Positions 1-12,829 of a stretch of 64,000 nt of DNA are shown here, piece after piece (position 1 is the first letter of the stretch; every line of letters begins with the position of its first letter). The position numbers were made by a program, and so were the translations under genes. Origin of the DNA: Camelus ferus (Eukaryota); contig NC_045696.1 in assembly GCF_009834535.1 (NCBI RefSeq), positions 37,574,001 through 37,638,000 on the forward strand, given 5' to 3'. The notes beneath the pieces are model-generated. The model searched no databases. It had not been told where the DNA came from and saw nothing but the letters and a program-made list of their open reading frames with translations.

Positions 1-139
1 TGCATTGCGCTTTCATTCTTTAATGGTGTCTTGTGCTAAACAGAAGCCTAATTAATGTCAATATGGCCCAAATTATAATGGCTCCAAAAATCCCTTTAAC
101 CTGCTAGTATTTTCATATTACTTCTCAACTTGGATTCCC

Positions 140-262
140 CTATTTATTATATTTACTCTCTGCCTCACTAGAATGTAAATTTGATAGGCAGAGATTGTTA
201 TTCATTTGGATCATTGCTGTCTTTCAGGCACAGAATAGGTCCACTCCACATTATTGAATGGA
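140..262 (+). mobile_element. LINE2 (L2) 3' end fragment
   Basis: ctcactagaatgtaaatttgataggcagag...attgaatggaa resembles the L2 3' terminus (ccactagaatgtaagctccatgagggcaggg...gttgaatgaatg). Confidence 0.6.
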
Positions 263-952
263 AGGATTATAGAGGAAAGTGGCAATTGCCAGAAGAAAAA
301 AAAAATGATATATACACTCTGTCCACGTTCTTTGGTGATTTGGTTGGTTTTATCATTAAAACTCCAGTTACAAAATATTTTTTTCTTTTCTATTTATGAT
401 AAACACAGCCCCAGAGAGATCAGAAAATAATAGCCATATAAACACTTGTATTAAAGAAGCCATTGATTGTTGCCTGTCTACGGTTACCAGCTATCATTGA
501 CTTAATATGGGATGATACCCAAAACTGTTATTCAAAGTCAAGGATCAGAGGTACTTGAAAGCAAAAGTGGTGTACTAGAAAATAATTTATGGCAATGCTT
601 TGGTTAAGGGGTTTCAACTTACGTAGAAAGTGTATCTGTGTCTTTGGATTATTTTGATTTTTAAGTCTTTGCTTCAGAATATATGCTTACATGAATTTGA
701 TATGAAGATTTAAATCATGCTTAATCTATCCTCTTACATTAATCCTGAGATATTTTCTAGAAAAAAGTACATAAGGTATTCAGAAAGAAAAAAGGTGGTG
801 ACTTAACATGTAACTATCTTTGAATCATCTCTGCCACAGATTATTGGTGACACTATCTTGCTTACATAAACTAAGCCGCTCAGATGTCTCCAGATACTCC
901 AGACATTTTGAAGGACTCCTTCATATCAAGACAATAAAATTTGATTATTTAC

Positions 953-1087
953 CCCACAAAAAATGGAAATCCAGCCTTGCTTCCAATCTCTAGGGATCTC
1001 AGAGGCTTAATTATAGTTATCCTAATTATCCTTTGTTTTGATATACTTTCCCTGAATTCTTCCTCTTGCCTGTCTTGCCTACTGAAG
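953..1087 (-). CDS. Weak candidate internal exon (135 nt, phase 2-2), FSRQDRQEEEFRESISKQRIIRITIIKPLRSLEIGSKAGFPFFV
   Basis: Minus-strand acceptor tacttgttccag|C, donor GTGGG|gtaaat, open frame. No homology recognised. Confidence 0.18.
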
Positions 1088-2679
1088 CTGGAACAAGTAT
1101 TTTTAAATATGTAAGTTAGCCAACAAATATGGAACAACCAGTGAACCAGCCCCTCTGGATTTCCATAGAACACTACTAAATGTCAGAAGTATTTCTGCAG
1201 CAAAATTTGAATGGAGGGAGGTTTATGTTAGTGGAGGAATTGTACAGAAGCACAGAACAGTAAGCCACTAACACATCATGCATCTGTTCTTAGAAGTGTG
1301 TTGCTAATCCTTCGCTCCTACACCTCAGACACTACAAATTAACTTGCTCTTTAGGCAAAGGGCTTGTAGATCTTGCTACTTAGCCTTTTCAGACCTCTCT
1401 TCCTCCCTCCACCTTCTCTCCATAAAGATGCAGGCCTTTACTCTTTCTCTCTTGGGTTTCTTCCCTGAAATTCAGAACTCTATTCATTTCATGAGGACCA
1501 CTGATTTGCTACCCTGTATCCAACTCAATGTCCATATTTCCTTATCTGAAAACAAATTAAGGCACCAGAGTCATGATAAGGTCAACTATGTCAGTCCTTA
1601 AATCATTTAACAGTGTGAAAGAACTAGCAGAGGCTTTAAAATTTCAATCATTTCTTGATATGAGCAAATATTTGCCTCAGATTCCCCTCCCTGTATTCTT
1701 CACTTTAGAGAAACTTCCATTCACAATCACCCACCTATCTAGCATAACTAGCTATACTTTTTATAGTTGTTTTAAATATCAATTTGTGGGGTTTTTTTTT
1801 TCTAGCTACATTTATACAACCTGTGATAACATCTCTGCATAGTATCAGCTTCAAGAAACACTTGAATGAAATCTCAGAAGAAATAAACAGCTTTGAGGAG
1901 TATGCTTTTGTCACTAATAGGGAAAAAAAAAAGTCTAAAACAAAATGAAATAGAATTAAGTATTTTAAAAGTCAGTTTTGACCAATAGTAAAAGGAATTT
2001 AATCATGACAGTACCAAAAAGAATCACATTATGTGGTACCTAGAGTATCATTTAGACTGGAGAGTGGTTCATATGTATTAATATATCTAATGCTCTAACA
2101 CAGTAAAAATGGAGTGCTTACCATCTCTCTGAATTGTTCCGTTACCCAGTCCCTGTTTCTTCAAACACTGTGTCAGAACTATGAAATGTATTCCTGTAAT
2201 GCTCAGTCTCATTTTAAATTGGTAAAAACATTATCTGGCTTTTCAATGTTTAATTTCAAATGTATTTTCCTATGGAAATTGCTCCATTCATTGAGATAAT
2301 GTGACATCAAATTATAAGCTCTGTGCAGCTGTCACTCTCTGCCAGGCATTCAGAAATATAAATGAAAACTGACATGCCATTTATCTGACAAGTCAGTGTC
2401 ACCAGTAATAATATCTGAGCCTTGTACATTATCAGTTTCGGGGAATGTGTGAGTTAAAATGAAAACTGAAAATAACTTTTGTGTATCAGAATAAAAGTAT
2501 ACAACTGATTTTGATATCGGTCATATTTTAGTTTGCAGTTGGGTAAGCCTAAAGCACTGCATGTGAAAATGAATGTTATACTAGAAGAGGGAAAGTCTTT
2601 TGTGAAAGTGAGTGGAACTCATGATAGCTATAATGTGAACACTGCATTTCTGAGAACCAACTTTTAAGTTAACTTCTTG

Positions 2680-2880
2680 TATTTGTTTAATGCCTAGTAT
2701 ACAGAGCAGCTGTATATACATTATTTCACTTGATTATCTACAACTCTACAACTCTCTTATGAATTTCATGGGACTATTATGTATTCTCATTTTTCAAATT
2801 GAGAAACTGGCTCTCAGGGCATTGAATAACTTCTTCAGATTCTCTTGTCTGGTAAGTGTTAATCCTAAGACTAGAGTATA
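2680..2880 (-). mobile_element. MIR SINE
   Basis: tacattatttcacttgattatctacaac...ctcatttttcaaattgagaaactggctctcagggcattgaataactt matches the reverse-complement MIR core. Confidence 0.7.
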
Positions 2881-3879
2881 GAAAACATGTATTTTTAGAC
2901 TAATGTCTTATTTTGTATTTCATTGCCTCTCCTGCTCCTTCATTTTGATTCTTATTTCATGTTTTTCACACTGTCTAAAATCGTAGTTTATTTTTTAATT
3001 TAACATATAATAAAGCAACATAGTAGACAAATAGAATAAATTTCAACATCATAATTTCTGATAGTACCTGTAATTTTCATTCTGTTTGCTTATTATTAGT
3101 TGTATTTATATGTTATTATTTCTTGAAGGCAAACTTCATATAGCAAGAAACAGTTTTTACCATGGAATCAACAACTCCTATCAAAAGATTGAGATCATAG
3201 CTGTCATGTCATATATAATAAATTTGTCAAATAAAGGGATATTCCAAGATAAAATATCAGAGATAATTCAAAAATTAATGATGTTTTAAATAATCAGCCC
3301 TTTTTAGTAATACACCTGAATACATATAGGAAAAAGACAAACAAAAAACCAAAGTAAAAGTATTGCATAGAAAGTGAATTCATATATGAAATCAAAATAT
3401 TTTCTGTACAACACTGTATTCCTATAATTGGATACTTTTACATTTCATTAAGGATTTTTAAACGTTGCATATGAAATCCGCTTGTTGATATAACACATTC
3501 CAGATCAACTGACCTTCAGTGCACAATTCAGAGCCAAGCTTTCACTCAGAATTTTCCTTAAGGAGTTGTGACTATCTAGCTAGATAAAGTTAAAGGTCAA
3601 GATTTTTTCACAAATTAAGCTGACAAATAAAGTAAAATACATGAGAAATACAGTTACAAAACTTCTGTTAGATGTAACCTCTTTAAGCCGACTAGTAAAT
3701 TAAAAAGACCTTTTCAGAATTATAATTGTTTTAACTAAACAATAGTAATGGTTCGCAAGGACAAAGTAGTTACCTGCATAAAGTCAGATCAGAATACAGT
3801 ATTCTAAATACCACCAAGAAAGGGAAGTAAGTAACTTCACTATTTTTCTCATGTACTACATACATATATATATATATTT

Positions 3880-4226
3880 ATGTATTGAAAGATAGTTGAT
3901 GTACAATGTTATGTCAGTTTCTGGTGTACTACACGGCGATTTGACATTTGCATACGTTGTGAAATGATCACCACAATAAGTCTAGTGAATATTGGTCCCT
4001 ATACAAAGTTATTATTATGCTATGACTGACCATATTCCTTATACTGTATATTACATCCCCAAGACTTACTTATTTTACAACTGGACATTTGTACCTATTA
4101 ATCTCCTTCACCTAGTCCACCTACCTTTTTTTCTCTGTATCTTTGAGTTTGTTTTCATTTTGTTATATTTGTTTGTTTTTGTTTTTTAGATTCCACATTT
4201 AAGTGATATCACACAGTATTTGTCTT
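3880..4226 (-). mobile_element. L1 3' UTR fragment (laurasiatherian/cetartiodactyl type)
   Basis: tattgaaagatagttgatgtacaatgttatgtcagtttctggtgtac...tagattccacatttaagtgatatcacacagtatttgtcttt is a typical antisense L1 3' end. Confidence 0.85.
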
Positions 4227-4489
4227 TGGATAACTTGAGTTTTACCAACAATGAGAGAAAACTTCACAGATAGGAGTTATGTTTAGGATTTAGCCTTGTC
4301 TTTGTTGGAAGAACTAAAAAGTAACATTAGGTTATAGTGGTCGCTTCTTTTTTGAGGAGAACAAGGACACCTATATTTATACAGTTTGATTCTGTTCAAT
4401 CAGATAGTTGTTCTCCAATTGCTTATGATATTATTATAGCTAAATAGTCAACAATTACTTACATTATTTATATCCACAAAAGCTAATAG

Positions 4490-4690
4490 GCATTAGAACC
4501 TTTGTTGGGGGCTGAGGGAGGGACAGACTGACCAGTGGCATTAAAAAAAGGTTCCAGGGTGCTGGTAATTTCTACAACTCGATCAGAGTAATGGTTACAC
4601 TGATACGTCTACTTTGTAAAATTATAATGAAGTCGTGCACTTAAGAGTTGTGACCTATGTGATATATTTTTGCTACACTTCAACAATAAT
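4490..4690 (+). mobile_element. Old L1 (L1MC/ME-like) 3' end
   Basis: gggtgctggtaatttctacaactcgatcagagtaatggttacac...tgcacttaaga...tacacttcaacaataa. Confidence 0.6.
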
Positions 4691-4799
4691 ATTTTTCTGA
4701 AAAATGTTTAGATAATCTTATTTTAAACAACAAAAATATGTTCTTGACATAAACTTGTAAATGGGCATGAACTTTTTGGAAAGGGGAAAAATGCAGGTA

Positions 4800-4975
4800 A
4801 GAGGCCTGCAGGGCAGGGTGGATGATGGTAGTGTGTGTAGCCGTCATGGACTATTGAGGATAAACCAGGAGAGCAAATTGGAACTTAATGGCTAAGGATC
4901 CTGTAGGATATGCTAAGCATTTTTATTTTATCCAAGAGCGATAAGACATTCTTTGAAAGTTTAAGACAATTTTGT
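4800..4975 (-). mobile_element. L2 fragment
   Basis: cctgtaggatatgctaagcattttattttatccaagagcgataagacattctttgaaagtttaag resembles antisense L2. Confidence 0.45.
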
Positions 4976-5384
4976 GTAAGTGAACAAAAGTTTACTACAC
5001 CATTGAAGGACAAAGTTACTGAATAGACAGGTGGTCAATTCTCAGCATTTACTAGTCATTTTAGTTTTTTTCCCATAAAAACAAATTTCAAGACAGCAAT
5101 ATTAAAGCTAAAAGTCTTGACTAATATTGATCAAAAAGGTTCTAGAAGATGAAACTATTACAAGTTGATGGTACATTACTAAATCGTTCAGAGTTTTTTT
5201 TTTTTAACTTGAAGCATTTATCCTTATTTCTTGTTAATTGCAACAATATGACAGAAACATATTAAAATACATGACTCTCTCTAAAATATTTTCTTTACAA
5301 AAAATGAGAACACTAATTAACATTTGATGGTTTGGGAAATGGGAAATAAAACTGATACAGATGAGTTGGCTACACTTTAAATAT

Positions 5385-5800
5385 GTCTCCATTACAACTG
5401 TTACAACCTGGCCCAACTCATTTGTATCATCACAATCACCTCCTAGTTGATCTCCTTGATTATAAACCTGCTTCTTTTCACACTATTATGAATAGAGCAG
5501 TTTGATCTTGTTTAAACTTATAATAGACATCACTACTTTACTCAAAACCCTCAAATTACACCCTACTTCAGAGTAAAATTCAAAGTCATTATTATTTCAA
5601 AGCTCTACCTGTTTTTTGTTTGTTTGTTTTATTTTTTGGTCACTGCTTAGCTCTCTGATCTCATCTCTTACTGCTTTCTCCATCACTATCTCTGTCTCAG
5701 TCATGTGCACTTCTTCCCTTTCTTGGAACGTGCTAAGCATGCTTTCATATCAGAATCTTTAATTTTGTTGTTTATTTCCCTGGTATTCCATGTTCCCCAC
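5385..5800 (+). mobile_element. L2 fragment
   Basis: atcacctcctagttgatctcc...tactcaaaaccctcaa...cagagtaaaattcaaagtc...ttcttggaacgtgctaagcatgct. Confidence 0.65.
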
Positions 5801-6726
5801 CACTATCCCACCTGACCCTACCCTGACAGACAAGAGCAGCAGAAACATAACTATGTTCAGAGTCTGCTTTGTTAGTTTGCAGGGAAAATACACATGGTAG
5901 AGAACCTGGGGGAATCACAGTAAGACGGAGATGAGAGGCTTTTGCTACAGTATTTGAACTTATATGGAGTCATTTTGAGGGAGAATTTAAGGAAACTAGA
6001 TTTGTTCATAAATAGGTTCTCTTAGGAAGATTAGGTAATTCATAATTTAACAGCAACACATTTTAGGTAAAGACAGAAAGCACAAATAGGGCTAGAATTG
6101 TCATTGGTAAAGAAATAGTGGCTCTTAATGTTAGTTGAGTGAAAAGCATATTTATTTAGTAATACTGAATGTCCTAACCTGATCTTTGTTCTATCATGTA
6201 GTGTCCCTGTCTGCTTTTTGTTGATATTCTGTGAAGATCATTTACGTTTGCTTGAGAATATTATAGCCTAGTTCTTCCTCTTTGCTGTTGCTTGTCAGCT
6301 GTTAGCTGCCAGGGAGGTTTTCTCTTTTCTTTCCTTCCTTCATTTTTTCCTTCCTTCAAAACAATAATATCTCATTCCTAGCAATCAACCTGAATAATGT
6401 AATTAAACTGCCATAATAAACAAAGATCTTTTAAAAAAAAAAATCAAACTAGTGGGAGAAGTAAACTGCTAGGTAGATTCTATCTATTCAGGAGTTGGTA
6501 TGATGTCCCTCCGTCATTGCTGATAGAAGTCAATTTGGACTGAATAAAAAGTTGTGTCTAAATAACTTATTGTAGCCTTTCTCAGCATAAATATTCTACC
6601 CAGCTAATCCTTGGAAAGTCATGAGAGATTATGTTTGACTTGAGACATTTTATGCTTTTTACATGCTCATGAATTCACAGATCAATACAAATAGGGCTAC
6701 TGCACAAAACATAAAAAGGTCCGTAA

Positions 6727-7580
6727 TGTGGGAAGATAAATTTCCCCTGTATTTCTCAGTGTTCCTGCAAAGCCCTGGCCTCCTGAGACGTGGAAATTGA
6801 TATGCTATGAAGACAGCAAATATTTGGTTTTACTTCCCTCAGAAACAGTTGCTTTTTACATGCCTTGAGTACCAGATCTGATGCCATTTGTCTCCTTATT
6901 ACCCCACCTAAAGGAGGATAAACCTTTCCTTAACGTTTCCACCAACTAAAAGGCTGCATTCCAGGGTGGAGACCTGGTCAACAGAAAGGGTGAAGGAACA
7001 GCCTCTGGGCCTCAGGGGAGTTTAAAGAGGTATCTTCCTATGTGTTTACATTAAAAAAGGATAAAATCCTGGGTTGTAAACCATAGACTATAGAGGTTTA
7101 CCTTATCTCTCCCCTGAAGGGATTTATTTAAATTTCAAAGGATTTAGACCCAGGATCTTACTCCTCTTTGTTAGAGGAGAGAATCTGTTTATACTGAGAA
7201 GATTACAATTATTTTCCTCTTTCAGGAGGGGAGTGGGAGACAGCTGTCTTCTGTAAGCACAGAAATGTATTTATCTGTATCCTTATCCTATGGAAAAATC
7301 CTGCTGTAAGTGTAGGTTTATTTATGTGTCCCTCATCACATCAGGGGCAGGGTGCTAAGATGGCAAGACCCAGGCTGCCATGTTACCCTGCCCACTACTA
7401 CTGCTGTGAGTAAGGAAAGTCTCATCTCTGACTCCAGACTTGGCATTACTGCTAGTATCTCTCTATATCTGCATCCATACCCATCTCCATATCTATATCT
7501 GTAATTTTACCTGTTATCAACATTTATATAAATATATGACTGTGCAAAGTGTAACATTTTCATCTTTTGCAGTTTCTGAC
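6727..7580 (+). mobile_element. Probable solo ERVL-class LTR (MER74/MER73-like)
   Basis: Starts with TG. Its 3' part aaagtctcatctctgactccagacttggcattactgctagtatc...gcagtttctgac resembles MER74-family LTR ends. Confidence 0.4.
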
Positions 7581-9739
7581 TAAATACTAAAATGAAATAT
7601 GATTCAACCTAGTTCAACCTAGTTCACCTACAGAGGAGATTTTACAGTACACTGGAAGTGTTATACAACAGAATTTTATTAAAAATGTTCATAAATTGAT
7701 ACAATACTTATATAAAAACAGTGGTAGTAAATATTTACAAATTAGGCCTATGTCAAAATTAAGTGGCTCCCATTTTGGAATCCAAACTGTAAGGAAATAG
7801 ATATTTATGTGTTTCAATAGCATTTTACAATATATTGAAATTTTTGTTCATAAAAGCATTAACCTTTAGCTTTTGTTTCAGTATTCCCTTCTATTCTAAT
7901 GTTGCCTTTTTTCACTTTTCAAAACTTTGGTATTAATAATTAAGATTTTAATGGATTCATAGATACCTATTATTGTAATAACTACACAGGGATCACACCA
8001 CTGTATTTTTAACAGATCACACAACTGTATATTAAAAAACAAATTCCCCATTTTCTTTGGAAACATGTTTTAAATCTAATAATTAGCTATTCTCAGTTAC
8101 ATACTATGGCTGGTTTCTCTTACGACAGTGAAGATACCTTAAATGCCCAGATTCTAAATTTTAATGTTAATTTATCTGAAGAAAAACGGAGATCACAAAC
8201 TTTTAATTGCCCAATAATTATTCTAAATACTTGTTGGAGAATCATATTGATAATTACGGTTTAATTTTATCAAACTGAAAAAGAACATTTCATTCTTTTA
8301 TGAAAATTACTCACCTTTAGAAAATCATTTTTGCCATAATATATCAAACAATTTTATTGTAAGATTTAAAGAATTTAAAAAATCCAACTAATTCAAAGTA
8401 TAAGCCTCTGTTGTTTGTTTTGGTCATTAAGTTGTTCAAGTATCTTTTAAATTTCTTACTCAACTAAGCATGAAAAAAATTTCCTATTGTATGTTCAAAG
8501 GGTTAACTTTTTAAACTGAAAATAGCCAAACAGATATAGACATAAGTAGGCTGATTCCACAGAAGTTACCAAATTTAACACATACCACTGTGTGTCCTCT
8601 CTGCTAGGGCAAGCACTATCAAGAAAACATTAATTTAGTTTTGATTTATCTTTGGGAGCTGCATAAATGTGGACATCATTGATGACGTACTCTGCTCTTC
8701 GGTTTTGTGGTATAAAAAACATGGGGATTATCTTCGAAGAAATAGTAATAAATTTTATAACAGAAAGTTAAATAGATTGCACAAGTAACTGCAATTATAC
8801 CAACTGATAAGTTTCTCAGGTTGGAACTCTTAAGGAAGAATGTCCATTGATTAGGCATTTAAAAAACAATGAATTCCTCTTGAATACACAATAAAAGACA
8901 TCATTCGCCTTCAAATGCTTCAAATGTTGAACTAATAATAATGAAATGGGTAATTATTAATTCTGCCAAAGTAAAACAAATTCAGTGTTTCAGTATAACT
9001 TATAATATTCATGATTTGATTTTCTTTTGAGGGATAATTTCAGATTCACTGAATCTATATGGGTAGAATGCTATTAAGGTCCTGATAAACCTAAGGTCAG
9101 AAGACAAATAAAGGGAGATGCAATGATGAAACAGGAGAAGGTAAGGAAGAAAATGGTGATGTTTCATTGGGATGAGAGGTATGAGTATAAACACAAATTT
9201 TCTGAAGAAAGGTTATTCCCTTGCATAAGAGCTTCAATGACTGGGCCTTAATCAGTTTCCTTATAAACTGATAATTCTTCTCAGGACTGACCTCTACCAC
9301 CTCTCACTGACTACAAGCTCATAATGAGAATCAGTGCCCATCAAATCCCAGACAGAGAAACACGAGGATAATTACTAAAAGGGACAGCCTATATACTGAC
9401 TGTGTTACTGACCTATTGGCAGAAAATGTTACAGTATCTATTGTCAAGTAAGTGTCTATTGGCAAGCAGAATAGAGCCTGATGGTGTCAAGTCTATTGAT
9501 GGGGTATCCTCAACTCAGAATCACTTTAGTATTTTAGCTCAATAATCGGGGACTGGTTTGAAAAATCCATCAGGTAGGCTGATTGATAAATGGACTCAGC
9601 GGCTGCTTCTGTTTTTTTAATGTTGAAATGTCAGAACTTTCCTGCCTTACTGTAGAGAATAAAGTCTGGACAACGAATGCTCAAGAGAAATAGGAATAAT
9701 GGATTCAGCCACTCTGTTACTAATTACAGTATGGTTGCT

Positions 9740-10170
9740 TATGAGAAAACAGTCAGGCACACACAAATTATGGAAGATTTTCCAACATCCCGTATTCTAA
9801 AATAGTTCAATTTATCTATATTCTTAAATGATCTCAATGTCAAAAAAATAAAGAAAGGCTGAGGAATTCTTTCAGGTTAAAGGGAACTAAAGACACGTGA
9901 CAAAAAATGCAATATATAATTCTGGAATTGGATCCAAACTTTAAAAAATAAAAGGCAGAGGAGGGGGGCTATGTTAGGACAACTCGTAAAACTTAACTAT
10001 GGACTATTCATTAAATAATACTATTGTATGAATTAACAAATGTCCTAAATTTGAAAATTTCATGTTGGTTGTCTAATAGAATGTTTTTGCTCTTAGGAGA
10101 TATAAACTGAACTATTTGTAGCTTAAAAATTCATGATATCTGCAACTCACTCTTAAGTAATTCAGCAAAG
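9740..10170 (+). mobile_element. L1MC/ME-like 3' UTR fragment nested in the ERV-L
   Basis: aagaaaggctgaggaattctttcaggttaaagggaactaaagacacgtgacaa...tcttaggagatataaactgaa...atctgcaactcactcttaagtaattcagcaaa. Confidence 0.7.
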
Positions 10171-10806
10171 TTTACAGCTCCAGAGCCCTCTTCCTGGTTC
10201 ACTTTGTTGACGTGGCCTGGAATAGATCAGAGGAATAACTTGACATTTTGCTCCATTCTCCCAGAGTTTCCTATTTCCGATTTCCAGAATTAGGCCGTAT
10301 TAGAGCATGGCTAGTAAACAAATGTAATGTGAGTTATTGGGCATTGTCTTTGAAAGACCCTGAATCCTAGAGATCCAAAACAACATGATGATGCTCTGAC
10401 CTGAGTGAGGACTTAGGAGGTCAGGTATTGAGTTAAGATCATGCCTAAGTCATCCCACAGTGGGTCCAGTGGGGCTGTAGAACCTTGGTATTTACTTCCC
10501 CAGTTTCAACACGTAGAGAAGGAGTAAATAAAATTAGTTACTGGTAGATGACTTATGTTGATTGCCTGAGCTATTGATTGAAAGGCCATATTGTAAAAAG
10601 ACTTAAGTGAAAGCCCATGAAAAATATCTTCTCATCCTACAAAGATAGTAAACAAAAATAAATGAGACTTTTAATGTGTGGGGAAGGAGCTGGCTTAGTC
10701 AGATATAGAATCTTTCCAGTCTGCTCAAGGCATTACCAATCTAATAGCTCCATCCAAAATATCAGCTTCATATATTAAAATTTTAAAAGGTTAAAATAAA
10801 AAAAGT

Positions 10807-11120
10807 ACCATGCTATACATTACATCCCCAAGACTTAATTCATTTTATAACCAGAAAGTTGTATCTTTTGACCTCCTTCACTCAATTGTAGTCAGAGTGA
10901 TGCCTATAGTTTGTAACACTGTATTGCATATTTGAAGTTTGCTAAGATCTTAAAAGTCCTTATCACATTTTTTTTTGTATCTAGGAAGGTGATGGATGTT
11001 TACTACCCTTATAGTGCACTTATGATCATTTCAAAATATATAAAAATATTGAATCATTATGCTGTACATTTGAAATCAGTATGATGTTATATGTCAATTC
11101 TACTTCAATTAAAAAAAAAG
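10807..11120 (+). mobile_element. L1 (L1MA9-like) 3' end with 5' inversion
   Basis: 10807-10888 is antisense L1 3' UTR. About 10897-11120 is the adjacent sense segment, ending tatgtcaattctacttcaattaaaaaaaaa. Confidence 0.75.
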
Positions 11121-12024
11121 AATGATACATTCCATAAAGTATTCTAGAGACTAATGTTGCTATCAAACTCTTGAAAGCCAGAAGAGTATAAATTACTATG
11201 ACATATATTTATTTCCGATTGGCAAGAGCAAAAGCTAGATTGTGGAGAAAGATTGTAGACAACGAAAAATTCAGTCAGGTTCTGGTGTTGATCATTGTCT
11301 GATTATAACTAAGTTCCTGGATTTGTTGTCAACCCAGGAAAACGTCATCTTAGCTGCCTGTATCTGCCATGAAGTTACTGACCCAGCAAGGGTTTCCTTT
11401 CCTCTGCCTAACAGTGAAGGGGGTAAGAATCAAGCATATTTTTTTCTCCAGTTTGAAATTTGAAAGGGTTTACTAGACTCCACAGTGCATACTAACATGA
11501 GGCTTTTATTTAAAGGCAATCAACAGAGCAGGGAAAGAAAGAAAATGCAGGCAAGCATCAAGGGTCACAGGAGAGACAAATGAATAACCCAAACTCCTCA
11601 TATAGCTCCACCTTTGAGCACAGTTGCCCTGAGTCTGTGTCTTGAAGCCCCAAGATGTTTGCCAGGAACACTGGCTTTGAAGGAGTCCCAAGGAATTCTC
11701 AGTGGGAGACCTGCAGAAGTCCCTTTGGTCAATAATCATGCCACATTTGTCAAACCAGTTAGGTGAGTTGCAAACCATTAGCTTGTATAGGTTATTCATT
11801 TGTTTATGCATCCATTCTTTAGTTAGTCACTCAGCCTAAGCCTTACTACATGGAGATGGCGAACCTCAGTGTTCAGTTTTAGCCACGTTTCCCTGCCTCT
11901 TCCATACCCTTTCCTCTCTTTCTTTCTTCTTTCACTATATTTGGTTTGCTAATATATATTATTTGCCTGTATTTGGTATCTTTCCATAGTTATTAGGTTA
12001 TATCATGGTATGTAAGTGATGTTA

Positions 12025-12320
12025 ATGATGATGATTCTCAAGTTTACATATAAAGCCTAGTTTGTTTGTTTGTTTTTTTCCCCCTTACTTCCAGGTTCTT
12101 ATGTATTTCTATTTGCTGCCTACTCCCCACACGTATTCAGGAGCCATTTAAAGCTTAGTATTTCCACAACAGTATTAATCATCTCCACCTAAATCTTCCG
12201 TCCTTGTATTTTTCTATTTCAGTGAATAGCACTAGAACACACTTAGAAGCCCACATCATAAACTGGCTCTAACCATCAATTCCATCTTTCTTTTAAACAC
12301 CCATCCAATCTCCAATCTCT
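12025..12320 (+). mobile_element. L2 fragment
   Basis: atgatgattctcaagtttacatataaagcctag...ttctatttcagtgaatagcact...cacccatccaatc. Confidence 0.55.
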
Positions 12321-12829
12321 ACTAATCGAGTTTCCTTTCAGTTTGGGTTCACTGGATAGTTGATAACTTCATGAGACTTGTCTAATGTGTGTTCTAATAA
12401 TGTGGGAGATTTTCTTTATCTCAAGATGCAAAAATGACAGACGGGAAAAGGCACTAGTCTGCCTTAAGCCTGCTTCAAAGTTGTACATTGTTATTACAAA
12501 GATACTCACCTTTCTTTCACAGAAATAAACACTTCATACGGGGCACCAACTTCAGATTGCTCCACAAACTAGCTTGATAGATGACAGATACCTGAAGTGA
12601 GAGAAAATTTTATCTGATTAAATAAAAGGAATTAGTAAATTTTTCCCAAATGTGGGTTTGTTTTGTCTTCAGGCTTTCCAGTCTAATATTCTACTTAATG
12701 GTTATCTTGGCATTAAGAGTAAAGCTAACGTCTTCTATCATTTGATATGTAAGATGAAATCCAACTGTTATATACAGAGACAGATAATAGAAATACAAAA
12801 GGAAACCACTCAAAGATAATAAAGTATTT

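Larger units (their letters stand above)
9040..11495 (+). mobile_element. Decayed ERV-L internal region (gag-pro-start of RT), interrupted by two L1 insertions
   Basis: Gag-like tgttgaaatgtcagaacttttcctgccttactgtagagaa; protease-region gagatccaaaacaacatgatg...ggaggtcaggt...cacagtgggtccagtgggg; ORF 11242-11463 (FLDLLSTQENVILAACICHEVTDPARVSFPLP) resembles the ERV-L RT motif PDVVSLLEQINT...AIDLANAFFSIP. Confidence 0.7.

Noticed and set aside
5830..6330. Possible additional LTR
   Set aside because: LTR-like composition, but I could not support a family or boundaries.
8309..8470. Minus-strand exon ending at the strong donor AAAG|gtgagt (8314-8309)
   Set aside because: The upstream acceptors I tried gave no frame open through to the donor.
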